From NCBI GenBank assembly GCA_043825875.1, contig JBDRRF010000060.1, positions 1-49,938 of the forward strand: 49,938 nt of DNA, in the 5' to 3' direction. A model generated the notes under the pieces. It was not told the DNA's origin. It made no database searches and was given only the letters and a program-made list of their open reading frames with translations. A program made the translations under genes and the position numbers. Position 1 is the stretch's first letter. Each line of letters starts with the position of its first letter. This document shows, in pieces, positions 1-9,792 of the stretch. The DNA is from Pseudomonadota bacterium (GTDB lineage: Bacteria; Desulfobacterota; Desulfobacteria; Desulfobacterales; RPRI01).

Positions 1-228
1 ATGACGATTTGCTGTCTCGTATTCAACATGTGCTGTTGCTATCGTTATGCCCCTTTCTTTCTCCTCAGGAGCCTTATCTATCTGATCAAACGGTATATAC
101 TCTGCCATACCTTTCAATCCGCTATGCTTTGTTATCGCAGCCGTTAGTGTTGTCTTGCCATGATCTATATGACCTATGGTACCAACATTAACATGCGGCT
201 TCTTCCTCTCAAATTTCTTCTTAGCCAT
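1..228 (-). CDS. tuf: Elongation factor Tu, N-terminal part (runs off the window edge)
   Basis: Manual translation from ATG at 228: [33 protein letters not shown]...[22 protein letters not shown]. Contains the P-loop GHIDHGKT and the RGITI switch. Lies downstream of the Thr-Tyr-Gly-Thr tRNAs. Confidence 0.99.
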   Translation of the reverse strand, partial: MAKKKFERKKPHVNVGTIGHIDHGKTTLTAAITKHSGLKGMAEYIPFDQIDKAPEEKERGITIATAHVEYETANRH

Positions 229-353
229 TTTCAATACCCTCCCAATATTTTGGTATTATAAATTTCTATATTCAATAGGTTAAAGCTACAAATGTCAATA
301 CCTATTCAGCTATAACTATTATATATTTCCTTATAAGCGAAAAAATCCGATTA

Positions 354-430
354 TGGAGCCCACGACCGGAATTGAACCGGTGAACCCCTTCCTTACCAAG
401 GAAGTGCTCTACCTACTGAGCTACGTGGGC
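354..430 (-). tRNA. tRNA-Thr(GGT)
   Basis: Reverse complement GCCCACGTAGCTCAGTAGGTAGAGC...CTTCC-TTGGTAA-GGAAG...GGTTCAATTCC...CGTGGGCTCCA; cloverleaf with encoded CCA. Confidence 0.97.
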
Positions 431-484
431 GTTTCAACTGTGCTATATTGATAGCTCTTGATGCAATTATATAAATTCCATATA

Positions 485-560
485 TGGAGCGGGAGACGAG
501 ACTCGAACTCGCGACATCCAGCTTGGAAGGCTGAAGCTCTACCAACTGAGCTACTCCCGC
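485..560 (-). tRNA. tRNA-Gly(TCC)
   Basis: Reverse complement GCGGGAGTAGCTCAGTTGGTAGAGC...CAGC-CTTCCAA-GCTG...GTTCGAGTC...CTCCCGCTCCA. Confidence 0.97.
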
Positions 561-716
561 TTATACCTGCATCATCTTCTATGAAACCATATTGCCTCTT
601 AAAATAATAATGGTTTTCAACGAATTTTAGAGCAACAATCCAGAAGAAAGCCATGTAGTTCAAATACGATTCTAAAATACCCGCAGAATCTCCTACATCC
701 GACTCGCTTTCAAGGT

Positions 717-801
717 TGGTGGTGGGGGGAGGATTTGAACCTCCGAAGGCTTCGCCGACAGATTTACAGTCTGTTCCCTTTGACCACTCGGGAACCCCAC
801 C
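717..801 (-). tRNA. tRNA-Tyr(GTA)
   Basis: Reverse complement GGTGGGGTTCCCGAGTGGTCAAAGGG...ACAGA-CTGTAAA-TCTGT, long variable arm, GGTTCAAATCC, ends ACCA. Confidence 0.97.
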
Positions 802-812
802 CTTATGACATT

Positions 813-888
813 TGGAGCCAGAGACAGGAATTGAACCCGCGACATCCTCATTACAAGTGAGGCGCTCTACCTACTGAGCTACTCTGGC
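813..888 (-). tRNA. tRNA-Thr(TGT)
   Basis: Reverse complement GCCAGAGTAGCTCAGTAGGTAGAGC...CCTCA-CTTGTAA-TGAGG...GGTTCAATTCC...CTCTGGCTCCA. Confidence 0.97.
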
Positions 889-1676
889 TCGTCTAACTCT
901 TTATATTTACAATATATCAGACCAAAAAATAAATATAACTTATTTAAAGGCCCATGTAATCGAAAGCGCTACAACTCAAACTCAATAATTGATGTATTAA
1001 TTATACAGAATTATGAGAACCTAATATTTTAAAATTTTATTAACTCTATCTTGTAATATCTTTATTTTTTTAACGATGCAGTCGAAAAAATTTGGCCGTC
1101 AAAATTGCAATAAGTCTTTCTTCTAATCTGTTATAAATAAAAGATCAACTGTTTTTTTAAAAAATATTTATTGATATAAATATAATAATACATACCTGTA
1201 TAAATACCTTTAAATATTAATAATAATATTTAATTTGCCAATAAGGTAATTCACCACATTTTAATCTTATATTGGATTATTCTTGACAAGTTACAATTTA
1301 TTTGTTTGATTAACCCTTTGAAAAAACAGGTTGGTATTTGTGATGAGCATGTGAATTCCAAATAAATCCTAAAAACCTTAATCAAGAAAAAAATAAACCC
1401 CTATTGAGTTTACATAGTAATTCAGATGACTATATTAACCCTACCATAGTAATTATCGATTCTAATGTGAAATATATTTTTTTATAATAACAGATATAAA
1501 TTGAGACTTTTGAATAATATTTGATTTTGAACAAAAGGATGAAAGGCAATAATCTCAACTGAAAGAATACATCGAGCATTTAAAGAGCAGCCCAATAGTT
1601 AAATCTATAGATTATAAATCGTCTATTTCATGTTAAATTCGACTCTTATCAAATACGATATAGTGATGCTTTTTCA

Positions 1677-1692
1677 TGGCATAGGGATTGCA
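1677..1692 (+). promoter_or_regulatory. Candidate sigma-54 (-24/-12) promoter upstream of mltD
   Basis: TGGCATAGGGATTGCA has exact GG-N10-GC spacing with TGGCA and TTGC cores, ~105-135 bp upstream of the CDS. Confidence 0.6.
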
Positions 1693-1796
1693 TTTCTTTT
1701 TGAAACGAGCATGCTAAAAACTAAGGCATCAGCAGCAAACGGTTAAAAACAAACTTATGCAAGGGTCCTATTTATTTTTATTATAAAGCAGAAACT

Positions 1797-3722
1797 TTGC
1801 TAACTATAAACTTAAGGATAAATATTTTGAAAAATATAACTGTTATAATATTTACATTTTTATTAATTATTTTAATAGCCGGTTGTGCTCATATCGGCAA
1901 TACCCAAAGTTCACGAACTAACAATTCGGATACTGCACTTGCTTCAATTGATAATGCAAACCATTCAAACAGTCAATATTCTGACGCTGCTGATGCAATT
2001 GAATCTGACACAATTATTATTCCTGAGAAAGAAGCTGTAGCAGAAAAATGCGCTTCTCCACTTATTGATGACATAGCACCTATCTCCCCTGATTCTGAAG
2101 ATGAAGGGCTTGAAAACATTCAAGCCTCTTCAGAAAAAAAAGCTGCCCCCAAAAAAAATGTCCAAGTTATAATGGATGAAGCTCTTGATTATTGCCAGAT
2201 ATCTCAGGAATTATGGCAAAAAGGTGAGCTGGAAAACGCAATTGAAGCTTTAGATCATGCGTATTCTTTAATTTTATCAGTGGATAGCGATAGCAATAAT
2301 ACAAATATAATCCAGCAAAAAGAAGACATTAGATTTACTGTTTCAAAAAGAATACTAGAAATTTATGCGTCAAGAAACTTTGCGGTTAATGGAAACCATA
2401 AAGCCATTCCTATGGTGATGAATAGCCATGTCCAGGCCGAAATCAATCTTTTCACTACCGGTAGTGAGAGAAAATTTTTCAGAGACTCACTAAAACGTTC
2501 AGGGAGGTTTCGTGCAAAAATAGTTGAGGATCTTAGAAAAGCCGGAATGCCTCTTGAGTTGTCATGGTTACCATTAATTGAAAGCGGATTCAAGGTAACC
2601 GCTCTTTCTTCTGCCAGAGCACTTGGCCTTTGGCAATTTATTCCATCAACAGGATATAAGTTCGGTTTAAAAAGGGATATGTTTGTTGATGAAAGACTTG
2701 ATCCTGAAAAAGCTACCTTAGCTGCAATAGCTTATCTTAAAGAGCTGCATGAAATGTTCGGCGACTGGACAACAGTGCTTGCAGCTTACAATTGTGGAGA
2801 AGGAAGAGTCTTAAGGGTAATAAGGGATCAAAATGTAAACTATCTGGATAATTTCTGGGATCTTTATGAAAAGCTGCCAAGAGAAACAGCAAGATATGTC
2901 CCAAGATTTTTAGCGACCTTGCATATACTTGCTAATCCTGAAAAATATGGCATTGATATGACCGATATTGAATGCCAGGTAGAATCTGAAACCACTGAAA
3001 TTGCAAAACAGGTTCGTATTAAAGATATTGCCCAAAAGATAGATGTTGATGAAAATATTTTACGACTTCTTAATCCCGAGCTAAGGTATGGGATTTTACC
3101 TCCGTCCAATTATATTTTTAAAGTGCCCCCCGATAAGAGTAAGGAATTGATAGCAAAGATAGATACAATTCCTGTCTCCGAAATAAAACCGAATAGATTT
3201 TATTATAAAGTTAAAAGAGGAGATACGCTTTCCGGAATTGCAAGACGTTATCGTACAAGCGTTAGAACCTTAATGAGCGCAAACAGAATGCGAAAATCGA
3301 CTATTCGTGTAGGAACTATTCTCAAGGTTCCGGGCAGGGGATCATCTTCTTCAAAATATACGCTGGCAGAAACAACTCAGGAAATAAGGCACCAAAAGAG
3401 TGCGCACCCTCTAAAGCATGTTGTTAAAAGCGGAGAATCCATCTGGATCATAGCCAAACGTAACAATAACACAATTAAAAATATACAGGAGCTTAATAAT
3501 TTAAAATCTTTAAATCTTCGTATTGGTCAGGTCCTGTATTTACGAAAACCGGATATGAATAGCCAAGACAATAACAGTTTTAAAAAATATCTAATTAAAA
3601 GAGGAGATAGTCCTTATAAAATAGCACAAAGTTATAATATGCCACTTAACAGGCTTCTAGATATCAACAACCTGAGGTCAGACAGCAAAATACTTGCCGG
3701 GAAATACCTTTATGTTGAGTAG
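1797..3722 (+). CDS. mltD: Membrane-bound lytic murein transglycosylase D-like lipoprotein (SLT domain + 3 LysM)
   Basis: Lipobox IAGC; SLT motifs LPLIESGF, ALGLWQFIPSTG, LAAYNCGEG; LysM repeats (YKVKRGDTL, HVVKSGESI, YLIKRGDSP). The true start may be TTG at 1827. Confidence 0.88.
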   Translation: MLTINLRINILKNITVIIFTFLLIILIAGCAHIGNTQSSRTNNSDTALASIDNANHSNSQYSDAADAIESDTIIIPEKEAVAEKCASPLIDDIAPISPDSEDEGLENIQASSEKKAAPKKNVQVIMDEALDYCQISQELWQKGELENAIEALDHAYSLILSVDSDSNNTNIIQQKEDIRFTVSKRILEIYASRNFAVNGNHKAIPMVMNSHVQAEINLFTTGSERKFFRDSLKRSGRFRAKIVEDLRKAGMPLELSWLPLIESGFKVTALSSARALGLWQFIPSTGYKFGLKRDMFVDERLDPEKATLAAIAYLKELHEMFGDWTTVLAAYNCGEGRVLRVIRDQNVNYLDNFWDLYEKLPRETARYVPRFLATLHILANPEKYGIDMTDIECQVESETTEIAKQVRIKDIAQKIDVDENILRLLNPELRYGILPPSNYIFKVPPDKSKELIAKIDTIPVSEIKPNRFYYKVKRGDTLSGIARRYRTSVRTLMSANRMRKSTIRVGTILKVPGRGSSSSKYTLAETTQEIRHQKSAHPLKHVVKSGESIWIIAKRNNNTIKNIQELNNLKSLNLRIGQVLYLRKPDMNSQDNNSFKKYLIKRGDSPYKIAQSYNMPLNRLLDINNLRSDSKILAGKYLYVE

Positions 3723-4139
3723 TATTTGTGAAGTGCCAAAACATTACAGCATTTTTAAAGTCACACTTGCAATAAGGGGCATTTCCTGAAATTTCTCATT
3801 CTCTTACTGCCCCGATTACATTTTATTTGCTTTCACTAAAAATATCATTTATATCGTTTCTCAAAATAATTTTCCTATTCAAGTGTAATTGTTTGGTTAT
3901 GAGTACCTAAACTTCTCTATTATGGCCTGCTTGAGCAGCCATTACCAAATTGAATTTCTCCGTAAAAATTAATAAACTTGCAGTGTTTTTTTTATTATTC
4001 ATCAGCATTCAAAACCGGGCATAAACATTGATGGCACTGAAATCATGACGGGGATACTCGTCAAAGATAGCAACTTGAAAATGAAATCTTTTTTAACACA
4101 ACTACCGCGATTAAATTTTATTAAGGATAATCTATTTAG

Positions 4140-5600
4140 ATGAAGCTTACTATCTTTACAAGGCTTATAATCAGCTATCTTGCAATTATAGTTTTAATTA
4201 TTGGCCTGGGAGTATATGCCTTTTTCAGACTCAATCAAGTAAATCAAATTATAAATTCTATTATTTCAGTTGATGATGCTACAACAGATATTACCACAGA
4301 ACTCAAAGACTATTTGCTTACCCAACTGGAATTTGAAGAAAAATTTTTTGTTTTAAAAGATCAGGATTTCTATATGCATTTTTGGAAGTCAGAAAAATAT
4401 TTTCCGGAAGCTATAGGAAAATTAAATAAAATAACCGACACATCTTATAAAAGAAATTTGGTAAACGCTGCTAATATTGCATATAGCATGTACCTATCTT
4501 TATTCAGGAATGAAGCTAAATCATCCTTGCTTAACCAGGATTATAACGAAGAAAGCTATAAAATTTATAAAGGAAAAAGAGAGAAACTAGTAGCCAATAT
4601 AGATCGAAATCTAAAAGAACTTGTCAGGACAGTAGAACGGGACAGATGGAAGAAAACCCGGGCAGCCAGCAAAATAAGCATTCAAGTTATAAAAGTTACT
4701 ACTGCTACTGTAGCAATTGCTGTATTGATGGTAATTGTTATTACTATTATAAACACAAGAAGTATAAACCGTCCGATACTTCTTTTGAAAGAAAAAACAA
4801 AGGAGGTTGCAAAAGGCAGATATCCTAAAACGCTGGCTATTTCTTCTCCCCCTGAAATAGGAGAACTTACTACGGCATTTGATGCTATGTGCGAACGTCT
4901 TAAAGAGCTGGATGATTTGAAGATTGACTTTATAAGCCATATATCCCATAAATTGCGTACTCCTCTTACTGCAATACAGGAAGCTTCAGCTATGTTGCTG
5001 GAAGGAGTTTTTGCAGGCATGCCCGAAAAACAGCATCAACTCTTCATGATTATAAAAGACGAGTGCAAGAGGCTTATAGATGAAGTTAATAGAATCCTCG
5101 ATCTTTCCCGCATGGAGGCAAAGATGATGGATTATCATTTCGAAGTCACAGATATTATTCCTATCGTAAAGATGAACGTCTTAAAATTATCGCCTCTTGC
5201 GCAAAAAAGGGGAATTGAATTTACAACAAATCTTACAAATGAGTTGCCACCTGCAAATATTGATCAGGATAGGATAATCCAGGTGGTTGAGGAGTTACTT
5301 GGAAATGCCCTGAAATTTACGCCGGAAAAAGGAAAGATAATCATTTCTGCTTTAATAAATAATAAAGGGATGATCGAAATCTCAGTTACAGATACCGGTT
5401 ATGGAATTCCGGAAAAGGAGCTTGAACTGGTTTTTGAAAAATTCAAACGAATAGAAAGTGGAAGGGCATCTGAAAGAGGATCCGGCCTGGGACTTTCTAT
5501 TTCAAAGCACATTATAACTGTTCATGGAGGACAAATATGGGCCGAAAGCAAACATGGAAAAGGAAGCACCTTTTCTTTTACCTTACCTGCATTATCATAG
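4140..5600 (+). CDS. HAMP-domain sensor histidine kinase (GlrK/QseE-like)
   Basis: Two TM segments, HAMP, H-box SHKLRTPLT, N-box NALKFT, G boxes DTGYGI and GSGLGLSI. Confidence 0.93.
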   Translation: MKLTIFTRLIISYLAIIVLIIGLGVYAFFRLNQVNQIINSIISVDDATTDITTELKDYLLTQLEFEEKFFVLKDQDFYMHFWKSEKYFPEAIGKLNKITDTSYKRNLVNAANIAYSMYLSLFRNEAKSSLLNQDYNEESYKIYKGKREKLVANIDRNLKELVRTVERDRWKKTRAASKISIQVIKVTTATVAIAVLMVIVITIINTRSINRPILLLKEKTKEVAKGRYPKTLAISSPPEIGELTTAFDAMCERLKELDDLKIDFISHISHKLRTPLTAIQEASAMLLEGVFAGMPEKQHQLFMIIKDECKRLIDEVNRILDLSRMEAKMMDYHFEVTDIIPIVKMNVLKLSPLAQKRGIEFTTNLTNELPPANIDQDRIIQVVEELLGNALKFTPEKGKIIISALINNKGMIEISVTDTGYGIPEKELELVFEKFKRIESGRASERGSGLGLSISKHIITVHGGQIWAESKHGKGSTFSFTLPALS

Positions 5601-6094
5601 TCTTTTATATTTCAGCTATTGCAGGGTGTGCTTTAAAAGCAAAGCATACGCTGGTAGAAACACAAGATCTTATGGCAACAGGTGATTATAAACAAGCTCT
5701 GGATAAGTATCAACAGCTATTAAAAGAAGACCCGCAAATTACAGATGTTGCACTTTTCCAGATGGGTTTAATATATGCTCACCCCAAAAATCCTGATAAA
5801 GATTATAAAATATCATTACAATATTTCAAAAGAGTAAAAAAAGAATTTCCGGAAAGCAATCTGAAGAATCAAGCTCAAACATATGCATCGCTTTTAAATA
5901 AAATTATGCAACTAAGTATAAAAAATGATAATCAGCATGCAGAAATAATAAGCTTAAAAGAAAAATGTACTATTCTAAAAAATGATAATCAGGAAAAGGA
6001 TAAGAAATCAGACGAATTACAACAGCAGATAGAAAAATTGAAAGAGATCGATTTAAACATCCAGAAAAAAAAGAGACCAGTTAATCACAAATGA
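5537..6094 (+). CDS. TPR/coiled-coil lipoprotein between kinase and regulator (QseG/YfhG-like)
   Basis: GGAGG RBS, lipobox IAGC, TPR-like helices, C-terminal coiled coil ending QIEKLKEIDLNIQKK; position in the kinase-lipoprotein-regulator trio. Confidence 0.75.
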   Translation: MGRKQTWKRKHLFFYLTCIIIVFYISAIAGCALKAKHTLVETQDLMATGDYKQALDKYQQLLKEDPQITDVALFQMGLIYAHPKNPDKDYKISLQYFKRVKKEFPESNLKNQAQTYASLLNKIMQLSIKNDNQHAEIISLKEKCTILKNDNQEKDKKSDELQQQIEKLKEIDLNIQKKKRPVNHK

Positions 6095-6101
6095 GGCATG
6101 A

Positions 6102-7460
6102 ATGGAAAAGATACTGATAGTTGATGATGATATAAATATCTTAAAAGTATTGCAGATGAGGCTTGAGACCGAAGGCTACATGGCAACTACAATAGCTGAC
6201 GTTCAGAAGGCAATAGCAATAACCAGGGAAGAAGATTTTGATCTGGCTTTGGTTGACCTTAAACTCGCCCGTAAAAACGGTATTGAACTCATGGAAACCT
6301 TGCATGACATCCGCCCTGAAATGCCGGTAATCATATTAACTGCCTATGGAACCATAGAAAGTACAGTTGATGCCATGCAAAAAGGAGCCTATAGCTATTT
6401 AACAAAGCCTTTTGACCATCGCCAGCTTTTATTACAAATAAAAAACGGCATCGAAAGGACAAGGCTTTCAAAAGAGATCCGAAGACTTAAAAACTTAGTC
6501 GGAGAACGTTATGAATTCAAGAATATAATTTACAAGAGCAGAAAAATGAAGGCTGTCCTGGAACAGGTAGCTATGGCAGCAGAAACTGATTCTAATGTAT
6601 TCATACAGGGTGAAAGCGGCACAGGCAAAGAACTAATAGCAAAAGCACTACACCTTGCCAGCTTGAGAAAAGATAACCCTTTTTTGGCTATTAACTGTGC
6701 GGCCATACCAGAGAACCTGCTTGAAAGTGAGCTATTTGGTTTCAAAAAAGGAGCTTTTACGGGAGCGCTTTCTGATAAAAAAGGACTGTTTGCCCAGGCT
6801 AATAGCGGCACTATGCTTTTAGATGAAATAACCGAAACACCTTTACTCATGCAGGCTAAACTATTGAGAGTTCTTCAGGAAAGAGAGTTTTATCCTCTTG
6901 GATCGGAAAAGTCTGTTAAAGCTGATGTCAGAATAATTGCTGCTTCCAATAAAGACCTGGCAATGGAAGTCGAGAAAGGAGTCTTTCGCAACGACCTGTT
7001 CTACCGCCTCCATGTTATTCCTATACACCTGCCGCCTTTAAGAGAAAGAAAAGAAGACATCCCGGTTCTGGTAACTCATTTTATAAAAAGATTCTCCAAG
7101 GAAATGAAAAAAGACATAAAAGAAATTACACCTTCTGCCATTCAAGGCCTTTTGTCTCGTGACTGGTCGGGCAATGTAAGAGAACTGGAAAATACCATAG
7201 AGTATGCGGTAGCAATGAGCACTGGAAATACAATTGGTGAAGAGACAATCCTTCAATCCCAGAAAACCAAAGATGAAAATATAAAACCGCTTAAAGAGGC
7301 AAAAAACAATTTCGAAAAAGAATATATGTCAAATATACTTTCAATAGCCGAAGGAAACATAAGTAAAGCAGCAGAACTGGCCGGAAAATACCGGGCTGAT
7401 TTTTATGACCTCCTCAAAAAGCACAAGATAAATTCAGCAGATTTTAAGAAACCAAAATAA
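6102..7460 (+). CDS. Sigma-54-dependent response regulator (GlrR/NtrC family)
   Basis: Receiver domain, Walker A GESGTGKE, GAFTGA, FRNDLFYRL, WSGNVRELEN, Fis-type HTH. Confidence 0.96.
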   Translation: MEKILIVDDDINILKVLQMRLETEGYMATTIADVQKAIAITREEDFDLALVDLKLARKNGIELMETLHDIRPEMPVIILTAYGTIESTVDAMQKGAYSYLTKPFDHRQLLLQIKNGIERTRLSKEIRRLKNLVGERYEFKNIIYKSRKMKAVLEQVAMAAETDSNVFIQGESGTGKELIAKALHLASLRKDNPFLAINCAAIPENLLESELFGFKKGAFTGALSDKKGLFAQANSGTMLLDEITETPLLMQAKLLRVLQEREFYPLGSEKSVKADVRIIAASNKDLAMEVEKGVFRNDLFYRLHVIPIHLPPLRERKEDIPVLVTHFIKRFSKEMKKDIKEITPSAIQGLLSRDWSGNVRELENTIEYAVAMSTGNTIGEETILQSQKTKDENIKPLKEAKNNFEKEYMSNILSIAEGNISKAAELAGKYRADFYDLLKKHKINSADFKKPK

Positions 7461-7461
7461 A

Positions 7462-7560
7462 GCGTATGATTTACCCTACGCATATTTTTTCTATATTATC
7501 AGCCAATTAGGCGAAAGCCTGCATCTCTGGCAAATTTTTTTGTATGAAATACCCTTCATA
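7462..7560 (+). promoter_or_regulatory. Candidate enhancer sites for the sigma-54 activator
   Basis: Palindrome GCGTA-N10-TACGC (7462-7481) and a related site TGTATGAAATACCCTTCATA (7541-7560). Both contain GTATGAWWTACCCT and lie 75-170 bp upstream of a -24/-12 element. Confidence 0.5.
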
Positions 7561-7631
7561 AAGTTCATCGTAATTTATCCTTCTTTTATTAATTATTATA
7601 TATATCAGCATATTATATAATATACCTTTTT

Positions 7632-7648
7632 TTGGCCCACACTTTGCT
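7632..7648 (+). promoter_or_regulatory. Sigma-54 (-24/-12) promoter
   Basis: TTGGCCCACACTTTGCT has exact GG-N10-GC spacing, lies just downstream of the activator gene, and is preceded by an AT-rich tract. Confidence 0.72.
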
Positions 7649-7815
7649 TATCTATATATAGCTTTCCGGAAGCCTGCTAAAAATTTTAGTTATATAAATT
7701 TTTTAGCTCGTAAAAATCATTTTTGAGGTAACAAGGCAAAAAACCTCATATGATTACAAATTAATTATAAATAATAATAGATATTTATAGCGAACCTTTA
7801 TATGGAGTTTAAAAC

Positions 7816-8193
7816 ATGGACAGAACAAAAGTGTTAATAGTCGATGATGATGAACGAATAGCCAATCTTGCTAAAATTATATTAGATAGCATGTTTGAAA
7901 AAGAAGAGGTTTATAATATCAAAACAGCTATTAATGGCGAGGAAGGCTATATGGTTTCTCTCGATTTCAAGCCTGACATTGTTCTCACCGATATTCAAAT
8001 GCCAGGAAAAAACGGAATCGAAATGGTCAGAGCTATAAGACAACATAGTCCTGCGGTGAAAACCATTTATATGAGTGGTGAATGGACCAAATTTCAAACT
8101 CCTCTTCAAGAAGAACACACAATGCATCAGGCGTGTTTTCTTAAAAAGCCATTTGCTATTTCTGAACTTACACAATTGCTTTGCGAATCTTAG
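7816..8193 (+). CDS. Stand-alone response regulator receiver protein
   Basis: VLIVDDD, VLTDIQMPGKNG, YMSG, LKKPF motifs; no output domain. Confidence 0.92.
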   Translation: MDRTKVLIVDDDERIANLAKIILDSMFEKEEVYNIKTAINGEEGYMVSLDFKPDIVLTDIQMPGKNGIEMVRAIRQHSPAVKTIYMSGEWTKFQTPLQEEHTMHQACFLKKPFAISELTQLLCES

Positions 8194-8337
8194 CATTAAG
8201 CTTGTAGATCTAAATTTGTTCCGGAACAAAATAGCACAAATTTCATAAAAACATAGACATCACCTAAATTTATTACGATGTCTTATTAAAGTGAAAAAAC
8301 TGAGCATTTCAAACTATGCCATATGGAGGTAAATAAA

Positions 8338-8646
8338 ATGAAAAAATCATTACCCATAAAATTGTTATCACTGTTTTTTATTGGTCTGTTGATGTTCACT
8401 TTCAGCGAAACGGCGTTTTCCAAGGAATCAAAAGATAATAGTTTGATAAAAGTTACGGGGACAATTGCCGATATAAGCCCTGATACCGGAAAGGTTGCTA
8501 TAGCTGATAATACCGGCATGGCAATATCTCTAACAGCTAGTTTGGATGTTGAGCTTAAGAACTTCAAAACAGGCGATAATGTAGTCGTAGAATACGACAG
8601 ATTATCAGGGATAGTTCTATCAATGATCAAACAGGATTTGAAATAA
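8338..8646 (+). CDS. Small secreted OB-fold-like protein, copy 1 of tandem duplicate
   Basis: GGAGG RBS, signal peptide, GTIADI...FKTGDNVVVEY pattern; near-identical to 8753..9061. Confidence 0.8.
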   Translation: MKKSLPIKLLSLFFIGLLMFTFSETAFSKESKDNSLIKVTGTIADISPDTGKVAIADNTGMAISLTASLDVELKNFKTGDNVVVEYDRLSGIVLSMIKQDLK

Positions 8647-8752
8647 AAAAAATAATAAACCGTATAGAAAAAGATCGATCGTATGGCAACAAAATTAAGT
8701 ATAGAGGCAAAAACGAGAAGATTTAAAAATAGTTATTAAGGAGATAAATCCA

Positions 8753-9061
8753 ATGAAAAGATCATTACCCATAAAATTATTTTCCATGTTTATTATCGTT
8801 TTGTTGATATTCACTTTTACAGGAACTGTGTTTTCCAAGGAATCAAAAGATAATAGTTTGATGAAAGTATCTGGTATAATCACCGAAATAAATTCCGATA
8901 CCGGAAAGGTTGCTATATCGGATAATACCGGCAAAGCTATTTCTCTGGCAGCTAGCTCAGATGTTGAACTTGAGAACTTCAAAGCGGGCGATAATGTAGT
9001 CGTAGAATACGACAAATTATCAGGGATAGTTCTATCAATGATCAAGCAAGATTTAAAATAA
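8753..9061 (+). CDS. Small secreted OB-fold-like protein, copy 2 of tandem duplicate
   Basis: AAGGAG RBS; paralog of 8338..8646 sharing the C-terminus LSGIVLSMIKQDLK. Confidence 0.8.
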   Translation: MKRSLPIKLFSMFIIVLLIFTFTGTVFSKESKDNSLMKVSGIITEINSDTGKVAISDNTGKAISLAASSDVELENFKAGDNVVVEYDKLSGIVLSMIKQDLK

Positions 9062-9139
9062 AAAACTCGTGCGAACTGTACGAAAAAAACCGATAGTATT
9101 AAACTATAGCAAATAACAATCCGTGAAAAGGAAAAGAGC

Positions 9140-9505
9140 ATGCCACCGAAATTCAATATAGATGCTAAAACTAAGGGGAAAGACATCCATATTGAATTGG
9201 AAGGAGACTTTGACGGTGCCTCAGCCCTTGAGCTTATTTATTTCATGAGCAAATATTTTGCAATCAATGATAAGGTTTTTATTAATACTGATTTGCTTTG
9301 TTCGATAGAATCATTTGGAATTAATGTTTTTCGCTATAACATTGGACCATTGATCAAATACAGAAAACACTATGAGTTCATCGGTGAGTCCGCACCTGTT
9401 TTTAAAAACTGCTGGCCAAAACATACTATCTCTGATCATGTTACAAGAAATGAAAAGCTGCGCTTTCAGAGCAACAGTTTTTTGTCCATTAATAAAAATA
9501 ATTAG
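9140..9505 (+). CDS. Hypothetical protein, STAS/anti-anti-sigma-like
   Basis: IHIELEGDFDGASA...VFINTDLLCSIESFG resembles the STAS beta-alpha pattern. Confidence 0.55.
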   Translation: MPPKFNIDAKTKGKDIHIELEGDFDGASALELIYFMSKYFAINDKVFINTDLLCSIESFGINVFRYNIGPLIKYRKHYEFIGESAPVFKNCWPKHTISDHVTRNEKLRFQSNSFLSINKNN

Positions 9506-9516
9506 AGGAATTGCTG

Positions 9517-9645
9517 ATGAGATTATTTTTCCGATGCTGTAGCGCTACACCATGGATCCTAATAATCACAGGTTTTGTTATGATCCCTATTTTAACAGCT
9601 TATAGCATAATCCAATTTATAAACTATTTAGTACACATAAGTTAA
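9517..9645 (+). CDS. Putative 42-aa single-pass membrane protein (below ORF-track cutoff)
   Basis: GAGGA RBS 7 nt before ATG; MRLFFRCCSATPWILIITGFVMIPILTAYSIIQFINYLVHIS; follows the previous stop directly. Confidence 0.45.
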   Translation: MRLFFRCCSATPWILIITGFVMIPILTAYSIIQFINYLVHIS

Positions 9646-9650
9646 CAATA

Positions 9651-9792
9651 GAGCCACTTTCAAAACGTTTCAGTTTGGTCAAGCTCAAGGCGGGAGAAAA
9701 TTTCAACCACAGGAATACATTTAGTATTTCGAGGATTGAAATTTGAGCCCAACGCAGAGATGGGCCAAAATGGGGCGTTTTGAAACTGGCTC
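9651..9792 (+). mobile_element. 142-bp MITE copy 1
   Basis: Terminal inverted repeats GAGCCACTTTCAAAAC / GTTTTGAAACTGGCTC; flanked by 4-bp direct repeat AATA. Confidence 0.9.

Noticed and set aside
9..191. 60-aa plus-strand ORF
   Set aside because: Antisense shadow of tuf
421..663. 80-aa minus-strand ORF
   Set aside because: Runs through tRNA-Gly; a translation artefact of the tRNA sequence
890..1670. Long AT-rich intergenic region as a possible ncRNA or origin
   Set aside because: No stable stems, DnaA-box cluster or repeats recognised; consistent with divergent promoter DNA
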